The notes beneath the pieces were generated by a model that was not told the origin of the DNA, did no database searches, and was given only the letters and a program-made list of their open reading frames with translations. A stretch of DNA of 64,000 nt from Leucoraja erinacea (taxonomy: Eukaryota), in contig NC_073389.1 of NCBI RefSeq assembly GCF_028641065.1, positions 27,714,001 through 27,778,000 on the forward strand. Direction: 5' to 3'. Shown here in pieces: positions 37,001 to 49,000 of this stretch. Positions within the stretch are counted from its first letter, which is position 1. Each line of letters starts with the position of its first letter. A program made the position numbers and the translations under genes.

Positions 37001-40000
37001 ATGTCACTCTCCATCCTAATGAAGAACTCAACCATATTATGGTCACTCTTGCCCAATTCATCCCATCAAGTCTACTCCGCCATTCAGTCATGGCTGATCT
37101 ATCTTTCCCTCTCAACTCCATTCTTCTGCCTTCTCCCCATAACCCCTGATTCCCTTACCAATCAAGAATCTGTCAATCTCTGCTTTTAAAATTTCCATTG
37201 GTGGCATTCACAGCCGCCTGTGGCAATGAATTCCTCAGATTCACCACCCACTGACTAAAAAAAATCCTCCTCATCTCCTTTCCAAAGGTACGTCCTTTTA
37301 CTCTGGCACTATGGTCTCTGGTTCTAGACTCTCACACTTATATAAACATCCTCTCCACATCCACTCTATCCAGGCAATTTCATTCAAAAACACGTTTTAT
37401 ATCTGCTATATTGGCTCAGTTTGAATAGCCACCAATAATGAGCTGCAGGTGATATTGACATTTTGATAAGAAGAGATTACAGATATTTGCAACATTCAAG
37501 ATTCAAGATTTAAGAGAGTTTATTGTCATGTGTCCCAGATAGGACAATGAAATTCCCCGCCCACTGACACTCTCCTCCGCCTAGCGGAGTTGGTCCTTAC
37601 CCTCAATAACTTCACGTTTGACTCCTCACATTTCCTCCAAAAGTACCTTCAATGACATTCTTGCTTTGCTTCAGCACAACAGAACATAGTAGGCATAAAT
37701 AAATACAGAACAGATCAGTGTGACCATATACTATTGAATACATGAATAATCAGATAAAGTGCAATGGGCTATTAATGTTAACAGTTTTGTTTGAGTTGAG
37801 TTTAATAGCCTGATGGCTGTGGGGAAGTAGCTATTCCTGAACCTGGATGTTGCAGATTTCAGGTTCCTGTACCTTCTACCTGAGGAGATGAGTGAGTGTC
37901 CAGGATGGTGTGGATCCTTGACGAAGCTGTCAGCCTTTTTGAGGCAGCGACTGTGGTAGATCCCCTCGATGGTAGGGAGGTCAGAGCTGATGATGGACTG
38001 GGCAGTGTTTACAACTTTTTGCAGTCTTTTCTGCTCCTGGGTGCTCAAGTTGCCAAACCGAGCCACGATGCAACCAGTCAGCATGCTCTCTACTGTGCAT
38101 CTGTAGAGGTTCGAGAGAGTCCCCCTTGACTTACCGACTCCCCGTAATCTTCTCAGGAAGTAGAGGTGCTAATGTGCTTTCTTTATAATTGCATCAGTGT
38201 TCTTGGACCAGGAGAGATCTTCATAAATGTGCATGCCCAGGAATTTGAAGCTCTTGACCCTCTCCACCATCGACCTGTTGATATAAATGGGACTATGGGT
38301 CCCCATCCTATCCCTTCCAAAGTCCACAATTAGTTCCTTGGTTTTGCTGGTGTTGAGGGCCAGGTTATTGTGCTGGCACCATTTGGTCAAGCGGTTGATC
38401 TCACTTCTATACTCTGACTCATCTCCATCAGTGATATGTCCCACAACTGTGGTGTCGTCAGTGAACTTGAAGATGGAGTTTGCACTATGACCGGCTACGC
38501 AGACATGAATATAGAGTGAGTACAGTAGGGGGTTGAGCATGCAGCCTTGAGGTGCTCCCATGCTGATTGTTATCGAGGCTGACACATTTCCACCAATACA
38601 GAGAGACTGTGGTCTGTGAATGAGGAAGTCGAGGATCCAATTGCAGAGGGATGCGCAGAGACCCAGTTCTGAGAGTTTGGTAACCAGCTTGGAGGGGATG
38701 ATTGTATTAAATGCTGAGCTGTAGTCGATGAATAACAGCCTGACATATGAGTTTTTGTTGTCCAAGTGGTCCAGAGCAGAGTGGAGGGCCAGCGAGATTG
38801 CATCCACCATTGATCTGTTGTGGCGCTAAGCGAACTCCAGGTTTTTGTCGAGGTAGGAGTTGATTTACGTCATGATCACCTCTCAAAGCACTTCATCACC
38901 ACCGACGTTAGTGCCACTGGTCGATAGTCATTGAGGCACGTCATCTTGCTCTTCTTGGGCACCGATATAATTGATGCCCTTTTAAAGCACATTGTGACTA
39001 AACTAACATTTAAACTAAACTAAAATTAAAGTAAACTAAACCTCCTAGCTAAACACAACACACTAACTGGCGCTTGCTTTATTTGCAGGTAAGGAGTTTC
39101 GTTCTCTTATTAAAGCCAAGGAAGTGAATATTAATGTTGGAGGCTCACTGGAGATTACCTGCATGGTGGAAGCTCAGAATCCTGCAGAGCGATTCTTCAC
39201 GGTGGCCTGGTTCCTGAACAATGATGAGATAGTCCGTATGGAACCCAATGCAGTCCTGTCCTTCCACGGTGAATACGGAGCGAGGGAGAATTTGGGAAAG
39301 TTGGCTGTCAGGAAGAAAGACGACAAGGAATACGTTCTGAAACTGTACCAGATTAAAATGGAGGACGGTGGGAGATATCACTGCCAGGTGGAGGAGAGTG
39401 AGAAAGTTACAATGGGAGCGTTCTCATCCAACAGGTCCGAGGAGATTGCAATCACTGTGCAAAGGCCACGTAAGGAACACAGACTTGAACCGCTTTCTTA
39501 TTTTTGTCGTGATTAAGATAAAGTAACAGGAAAAATATTGCAATTTGGTCGTGTTTTTGATACAGCAATAGATAACGTTTTGCAGTGTTTACAATGCAGT
39601 AATAATAGAGAAAACAGTGCATGTTGTAGTGTTTGTGATATTGTAATAGATAAGATACCTTTGTAGTTTATGTTATAGTAATAGATAAAATATATTTTGT
39701 AGTATTTACAATACAGTAAAAGGTAAAATAGTATACGTCTTTACGATTAATCGATGAAGCTAATGCATTATTAGTGCTTATAATATAGCAATAGATTAAA
39801 TTGTGCATTCTTAGTGTGTATGATACATTGACAGATAAAATAGTACATTTTGATTGTAAGAAGATCTCGGCTCAGCCACAATATTGAAAAGGGTGGATGA
39901 AGCATTAATCTTGGGCAATAAAAACCAGATCAGATTTGTGCACTCCACGATATTGCAATCACAGCTGATGCATGGATGAAGTGGAGGTGGGACTGGACTG

Positions 40001-43000
40001 AAAAAGCTTTGGAATTGGATTCAATTCATTCCTAGCCCAGTTAGGAGTAACTTTATGTCTTTTTTGGCCTGGAATCCAGAATATGTAGTTCCTTGTATCA
40101 AGAGTAAAATAGAGTTGGCTTATAAGTAGGATAGATGCATGATAATGTATCGTTGCTAAGGCAGGTTCAGTCTGAAGAAATGTCCCAACCCTATCCATGG
40201 TTATCAATTCAATAGATAAATACAAATTCTGGAGTAACTCAGAGGGTCAGGCAGCATCTCTGGAGTAAAGGAATAGATGGTGTTTTGGATCGAGACCCTT
40301 CTTCAGATGGAATAGTGAAAGGCCTGGATAGAGTAGATGTGGAGAGGATGTTTCCACTATGGGGAGAGTCTAGGACCAGAGGCCATAGCCTCAGAATACA
40401 AATACGTACCTTTAGAAAGGAGATGAGGAGGAATTTCTTTAGTCAGAGGATGGTGAATCTGTGGAATTCATTGTGACAGAAGACTGTGGAGGCCAGGTCA
40501 ATTAATATTTTTAAGGTGGAGATTGACAGGTTCTTGATTAGTAAGAGTGTCGAGGGTTATGAGGAGAAGGTAGGAGAATGGGGTTGATAGGGAAAGATAG
40601 ATTAGTCGTTATTGAATGGCGGAGGAGACTTATTGGACCAAATGGCCTAATTCTACTCCTCCAACTTGTAAACATGATTTAAATCTTGCTTTTCCTCTAC
40701 CAAGTATACATTACATCATAGACTGCCGACATTAACACCAACTCACCCTTGCTTCACAGAGGCCGACCTTAAGGTGGAGATCAGCATTAGTGGGACGAAC
40801 ATTTTAGAAGGGGATGTTCTTCAGTTTGCCTGCAACGTTCGTTCGGGGGCCACAGTGCCTGGGCAGCTTTCTGTTATTTGGCAGTTCATGGACAAACACA
40901 AGGTGAAGAGCGATATAATTGAGATGCAGCAGAATGGTGTCCAAGTCACTGCTCCGCCCTACCGTGAGCGGGTTGGTCACGGAGAAGTCCGGATGGCCAG
41001 AGTGGGGTCCGATACTTTTACGTTGGGCATTTATGATGCCAGGATTTCAGATGAAGGAATGTACTCTTGCAAAGTGATGGAATGGACAGCGATGCCCAAC
41101 CAAAACTGGAAACTAATCGGAGATTATGTCAGCAGTGATAAGACAGTGACGATTAAATCTCTGGGTGAGCATTTCAACATCGAGTGTCTGTGATACTTTG
41201 TTTTGATGCAAGGGATTTACCACCTAGAGGCACAGTCAGAGTCATTCAGCACGGACATAGATCCAACTCACCCACGCTGACCAAGATGTCCCATCTACAC
41301 TAGTCCGTGTGGCCCATATCCTTCCAAGCATTTCCTATCCATGTACCCATCCAAGTATCGCTTATATTCAATGATCACTGATACATTATTGTCACGTGTA
41401 CCTAGGTACAGTCAAATGCTTTGTTTTGCACACTTTACTGGTACCAACAAAGTTACAAAAGTTCACCAAACGGTCCTGTCTTCTTATAGTACCTGCCTCA
41501 ACTACCTCCTCTGGCAACTAATTCCATATACCCACCGCCCTATGTCTGGAAAAATGTTGTCCCATAGGTTTAGTTTAGAGATGCAGCGTGGAAACCCCTT
41601 CGGTCAACTGATTCCATGCTGACCATCAATCACTGTCCCCAATCAGTTCTATGTTATTCCCACTTTCCCACTAGTTCTATGTAATCCCACTTTCTCATCC
41701 ATACCCTACACACAAGGGGAAATTTACAGAGGGCCAATTAAACTACAAACCGGAAGTCTTTGGGATGTGGGAACACCGGGAGGAAACGCATTTAGATGAA
41801 TTTCTCTCTTTTTTAAACCTTTGTTGACAGAAAGCATCTTTAAAGTCATTGCCATAACCCGCACGCCAACTGCAAGATACTACGGTACATTTGAACTGCA
41901 GTGCTTCATCCAGCCGCCAATCATCAATCACCTCCCAATTGACGTGACGTGGAAATTTCAGCCGGCTAATTCGAACGAGAGCTTCCACCTCGTGACTTTC
42001 AGCCACGACACAGCGATCGAGTGGGGAGACAAGGCAGTGAGCTTCAAAGGGAAAATGATAGTTGCTAAAACAGCATCCAACACGGTCCGCTTGCGTGTGT
42101 CCAGGGTCAGCAGCCTGGAAGCTGGCAAGTTTCTGTGTGACGCAGTATTGTGGAAAAGACAACGGCCGGACCAATGGGTCAGGGTAGTCAGCGTGACGTC
42201 AAACATCCTGCAGGTGGTGGTTCAGGCCCCAGGTAAGGCAATCATCCCTCCTCTTCTTTACATTGTCCCAGCACAGTCTTCCTCTTATTACTACAAGGAA
42301 GAAATATAGGACGTTTAAAATTTTAGTTAGTTAGTTTAGTTTGTTGTCACGTGTACCGAGGTACAGTGAAAAGCTTTTTTGTTGTGCGTTATCCATTCAG
42401 CGGATTACAATCAAGCCTTCCGCAGTGTACAGATACAGGATCAAAGGTATAACGTTTAGTGCAAGATAATGCTTTGTCCAGTTAATAGACACAAAATGCT
42501 GGAGTAACTCAACGGTTTAGGCCGCATCTATGGAGAAAAGGAATAGGTGACGCTTTGGGTCAGAACCCTTCCTCAGAATGACGGTGTCTTTGGAAGGGTT
42601 CCAACTCGAAATGTCACCTATTGCTTTTCTCCACAGATGCTGCCTGACCCGCTGAGTCACTCCAGCATTTTGTGTGTATTGAAGTCCAGTAAAGTTTCAT
42701 TAAAGATGGTCCGAGGGTCTCCAGTGAGGTGGATGGGAAGTCAGGACCGCTTGCCCGATAATTCAGTTGAATATTAAATCAAAACACACAGTGCTGGAGT
42801 AACTCCGTGGGTCAGGCAGCACCTGTGGAGGGAATGGTTTTGGCTACATTTTAGATTGGGAACCTTCTTCACAGTTGTTAATATTCAAAATATGAACAAT
42901 CCTGACTGAAGAAAATTTGAAGTAAGACCTAACTGACTGTTGTAAATGAATTAAAACATGAATATATTAATTAAGATGAAGTTAAAAATCACTTAATGCA

Positions 43001-46000
43001 AGGATGGGGAAGGAAACTGGAGTACCCGGAGGAAACCCATGCAGAATGTGCAAACTCCATACAGACAGCACCCTAGGTCAGGATTGAAATCTGGTCTCTG
43101 GTCTCAGGTCTCTGGCACTGTGAGGCAGCAGCTCTACCAGCTGCGCATCTATGCTTAAATGGTACAAAGAAATATAATAACGCTTTTTTTAAATGTTTTC
43201 TCTTCTACTTCTGCAGTAAGCCGTTTGCAGCTCGCACAAGGGGACACAACTATATATAAAAGGGTTAGCGACGTCATTGAACTTGATTGTAAAATCTTTG
43301 CTCAAACCCAGAATGATTCCCAGTTCTCAGTCTCATGGATCTTCATAAAGCCACAAGGGCAGAAGGAGATAACTCTTCTGAACATCGATCGCAACAACAT
43401 CATTCAATACAACGAGGAATTGCGAGCCAGCGATCAGGAGGGGACGAAGATGCGGGTTGAGAAGACTTTGCGTGATCTTTACAAACTAATTATAGGGAAA
43501 GCTGAATTGACCGATCAAGGGAATTACTATTGTGCGGTCACAGAATGGCTACTAGACCCCAACAATGTTTGGTATGAAGTGGGCAAAGTCGTGTCGGCAG
43601 TGACCACCGTACAAGTACATACATCAGGTAAACACATCTCACAAACGCCTCTTGACTGGAACCAATGCCACTGATTTAAGTGACGGTTTAGGTGATTATT
43701 TACATCTCAAGTTCAAGTGAGTTTATTGTCATGTGTCCCTGTATAGGACAATGAAATTCTTGCTTTGCTTCAGCACACAGAACATAGTAGGCATTTACTA
43801 CAGAACAGATAAGTGTATATCCATATACCATGATATAAATATATACACACATGAATAAATAAACTGATAAAGTGCAAATAACAGATAATGGGTTATTAAT
43901 AATCATAGTTTTGTCTGAGCCAGGTTTAATAGCCTGATGGCTGTGGGGAAGTAGCTATTCCTGAACCTGGTTGTTGCAGTCTTCAGGCTCCTGTACCTTC
44001 TACCTGAAGATAGCAGGGAGATGATCTCCATGAGTTCTCCAAAAGTGTCAAAGTGCTGGGGTACTTGGTGGGTCAGGCAACATCTCTGGACGACATAATT
44101 TTGGTGATGCTTCACATATTCCTTTTCTCCAGAGATGCTGACCCGCTGAGTAACTCCAGCGCTCTGTGTCTCTGTTCATTGTAAACCAGCATTTGCAGTT
44201 CCATCCTACACCACTGATTTAGATTTAAGTTTTGGTTTAGGTTTATTGTTATTGTTTGGTGCAGTGAGGTACAGTGAACAAATTTGTCAAGCATGCCATC
44301 CTAACAGATCAGATATACCACACGTAGATAGAGGCAGCACAGTGGCGCAGCGGGTGATTTGATGCTTTACAGCGCCAGAGACCCGGGTTTGATCATGACT
44401 ATGGGTGCTGTGTGTATGGAGTTTGTACATTCTCCCTGTGACCTTGTGGGTTTTCTCCGGGTGCTCCAGTTTTCTCCCATGCTCCAAAGACATCCAAATT
44501 TGTAGGTTAATTGGCTTTGGTAAATTGTAAAATTGACCCTAGTGTGTAGGATAGTGCCAGTGTACAGGGTGATCACTTGTCAGTGGGCAGAAGGGCCTGG
44601 ACCAGGCTGTATCTCTAAAGGCTAAATATACAGTCATTTCAAAAAGACACAAAGTCAGCGGTTCAGGCAACATCTCTGGAGAAAATGTTTAGGCGATGTT
44701 TCAGGTCGAGACTGAAGAAGGGTCCCGACCTGAAACATCCCCTATCCATTTTATGGAAATGCTACCTGACTCACTAAGTTCATAACTTCATTTGTCATAG
44801 GAGCAGAGTTAGGCCATTTGGCCCATCGAGTCTGCTCTGCCATTCAATTTTGGCTGATCTATCTTTCCCTCTCATCCCTCTCCTGCTTTCTCCCCAGCAC
44901 TCCCCACTTACTCCAACATTTTGTGTCTATCTTTGGCCTGCCAGCATCTGCAGTTCCTTTTTATTGCATTTAGACTAAACTAAGTGCCACTGTTGACCCT
45001 GTCTTCCGTCGGTTCTGCAGATGCCAATCTACAAGTCGCTGACACGAACAGGTCTGAGTCACTCAAGGAGGATGCGGCCTTTGAACTCGAGTGCGTTATC
45101 AACAACCAAACGCAGGCAAGCTCTCAGTTCTCCGTGACGTGGTTCTTCCAAAGCCAGGGGCAGCCCAAGGCATCTCGGAGAGAGCTGCTCCGTACAGATC
45201 GCAACAACATCCAGCGTTACCGTGGGAACCTCACGGCTGATTCCCACAAGTCGACACTGCAAAGTGTGAAGGTTTCCAGCAATAACTATAAGCTGATCAT
45301 GAGCAGCGTGGCGCCAGGTGATAGTGGCGTCTACTATTGCAGTGTGGAGGAATGGGTCACAAACGGCCAGAATCAATGGGCTCTTCAAGGAAGCGATGAA
45401 TCCGGAAGAACAACCCTTCATGTCCATCCTTCAGGTAACGCCAGCAACCATTTTACCCAGGTGGCCAAGTGGTAGAGTTGCTGCCTCACAGCGCCAGAGA
45501 CCCGGGTTCGATCCTGACTACGGGTGCTGTCTGTACGGAGTTTTACATTCTCCCTGTAACCGTGTGGGTTTTCTGCGGGTGCTCCGGTTTCCTCTCACGT
45601 CCCAAAAAAGTACAGGTTTGTAGCTTAATTGACTTGGGTAAAAATTGGACATTGTCCCTAGTGTGTGTCGGATAGTATTAGTGTACAGGGTGCGGACTCG
45701 GTGTGTGGAAGGGCCTGTTTCCACCTTGTATCTCTGAAATAATTCGACCTATTTTATTATTCTCCTTCTTTGACAACATGACCTGCTTCGAGCCATAAAA
45801 GCAGGCAGTCCTGCCCAGCTTGCCCCTGGTTAGCCAAGATGCCCCATCTACACTATTCCCACCTGTTTGCTTTTGGCCCATATAACATCTTTAATAACAT
45901 GATAATGTCTTTAATAAGCTTTAGAGTATTATCTAAATATATAATTATCCTGAAGGTATACATAGAATGAATGAAAGCTTTATTGGAATAATTAAATTCT

Positions 46001-49000
46001 CCAAATTCAAAATCCTGTGACGTATATAAAGAAAAAAGAAAATTACTCACAGAATGATAGGGCTCACAAATGAGCCATTCGACCCAACCTAGTCAATGGT
46101 GGATGTGCAGTGCTGGAGTTACTCAGCAAGTCAGGCAGCATCTCTGGGAAACATGGATAGGTGACATTGGCCCCGACCCAAAACATCACCTATCCATGTT
46201 CTCCAGAAATGCTGCTGGACTTGCTGAGTTACTCCAGCACCTTATGTCCTTTTGTGGAAACCAACATCTGCAGTTCCTTGTTTCAACAGTGAATGGTGGA
46301 ATTTATTTTCCAGTCGCAACTCTTCCACCTTTTCCTAATATGATTATATTATGTGTTCTAAATGTGGACTAACTAAGTTTCGTAATAAAACTTACTTTGA
46401 TTAAACCTCAAGTTATGTTTTGAAAAACTTCTCCACTTTTATCTCTTTAGGAATGAACACACAATCTTAGTTCACTTTTATTATGGCATTAGTGAGGTTA
46501 TGATCTGAATATTTGTTCTGTAAAATCTCTGCATTCCTCGAATTCATTTAAATTCCACAAATAATATGTTGTTTTGAGTTTCGTTTTGTTTATTATCATG
46601 TGTACCAAGGTACAGTGAAAAGCTTTTGTTGCGTGCTAACTAGTGTTAACACATCATATATTGGAGGTTACACAGAAAAGCTGGAGAAACTCAGCGGGTG
46701 CAGCAGCATCTATGGAGCGAAGGAAATAGGCAACGTTTCGGGCCGAAACCCTTCTTCAGACGGGCTATATTGGAGTGCTGGAGGATGAGAAGTGATCTTA
46801 CAAAGGTGTATATAATCATAAGAGGAATGGATAGGGTGAATGCTTTAACCCAGAATATGGGAATCAAGAATCAAGAACCAAGGGACAGAAGTTTAAGGTG
46901 AGAAAGGAAAGATTTAATAGGATCCTGAGGGGCAACTTTTTCAACACAGGGTGTATGGTACGGGCTGCTAGAGGAGGTAGTTGAGGCAGGTACTATAACA
47001 ACATTTAAAAGTTATTTAAATGGGTACATGGATGGGAAAAGTTTAGAGGGCCAAATGTGGGCGGGTGGGACTGTTGTAGATGGGGTATCTATGTCGCCAG
47101 GGACTTCCACCCTCACTTGTATTCACCTATCATTCTCCAGGCTTTGCCTCAACCCAACTCACTTTTCCAGCTTTCTCCCCCCTACTGTAATCATTCCAAA
47201 GAAGGGTATTGAGCTGGCCCACTGAGTTCCTCCAGTACTTTGTGTTTCTCCACCTTGTACCCCTCCGGGTCTCCTTCCATCATTAATTTAGCTTATTAAG
47301 TTAAAAAATACGACGTGGAAACAGGCCTTTAGCCCACCGAATCCGCGCCGACCAGCGATCACCCCATACACTATTTCTATCCTTCACCCAAGTGACAATT
47401 TACAAAAGTCAATTGACCTACAAACCTGCACGTCTTTGGAGTGTAGGAGGAAAGCAGAGCACCTGGAGAAAACCCACACGGTCACAGGGAGAACATACAA
47501 ACTCTTTAGTTGAGGCCAGTTCATTGGCTATATTTAAAAGGGAGTTAGATGTGACCCTTGTGGCTAAAGGGATTAGGGGGTATGGAGAGAAGACTGGTAC
47601 AGGATACTGAGTTGGATGATCAGCCAGGATCATGTTGAATGGCGGTGCAGGCTTGAAGGGCCGAATGGCCTACTCCTGCACCTATTTTCTATGTTTCCAG
47701 ACAGCACCCGTAGCCAGGATGGAATTTGGATGCTGTAAGGCAGCAATCTACCGCTGCGCTACTGTGCTGCCCCTCGTTGCCTCTGTTTTTCTGGCTGTTT
47801 CTATTTTCTTCTTCCAAGGGAACCTTCAGACTGTTGAACATCACACATCACTGCATCAACTCCCCCAGCAACAGCAGGCTAAAATGGATCATGTGTTAGT
47901 TGCACTGGGGAACTTTGGTTTTGCACTATTATGATCCAGTTACCTAACAGTACTGATCATTGATTGATAGTATTGTTCATTATTGTATATTTATTTGAAT
48001 CCTTTACGTTAATGGGCCTGTTAAGCTGCAGCAAATAAGAAACTCATTGTTCCGTTGCCGCCACATATGACAATTAAACACTCCCGACTATGGAATTCCA
48101 TTATTTTTCTTATCACTGAAATTAAACTATTGGGATTATTGTTCCCTGGAGATATTTAACTTGCCTTTTTCAAATGTCCCATTACCCAAGCTATTGCACA
48201 GACCCTTGGCATCTATTTAAAACAAATTGTTATGTGTAATTGCGTTTCTGTTTCCTTGGATTCTCTCCCTTACATGCATCCATTCAGATCAAGACTTTGA
48301 TTGGCTTCATTTGATTAGCTTTTTATTTTAAATGCGGCTATATCATTTCAATCTTGTGTTTTGATGCTGTGTTTAAGTGAGCAGATTCCCTGATAAATGC
48401 CAAAATTAAATAATTACTTAATATATCTTATTTTTAATACTGTATTCTGTGATTTAATCCTGTCATAGGACGTAGAACATTGAACTGTACAGCACAGGAA
48501 CAGGCCATTCAGCCCACAAAGTCCACACAATGCCAAATGAAAATAACCTCTTCCTGCATGTGATCCATATCCCTCCGTGGGGTCAGCCTACTCCACGACA
48601 GAAGGGGGAGGAATTGTAGTTTAGTTTAGAGATACTGTGTGGATACAGGCCCTTCGGCCCACCGAGTCTGTGCCGACCATTGGTCCCCCGCACATAAATA
48701 CTATCTACACACTCTGGGGACAATTTACAATTTTACTAAAGCCAATTAGCCTACAATCCTATACGTCTTTGGAGTGTGGGAGGAAACCGGAGGACCCAGA
48801 GAAAACCACGCAGTCACAGGGAGAACGTACAAACTCCACAGAGACAGCACCCATGATCAGGATTGAACCCGGGACACTGGCGCTGTGAGGTAGCAATGCT
48901 ACTGCTGCGCCGCTGTGCCGCCTGTATTGCAACTTTCCTTTTTCTTGATATTTGTCAACTCTTTCATGTTTTTCGTCTGTCTTTTGATAAAGTAATTCAT

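Noticed and set aside
29885-39100. Intron 3 created by tandem duplication of the GTAAGGAG sequence
   Set aside because: The intron lies at the standard phase-1 inter-domain position shared by all Ig exons, so it is ancestral; the match is better treated as an RS-site
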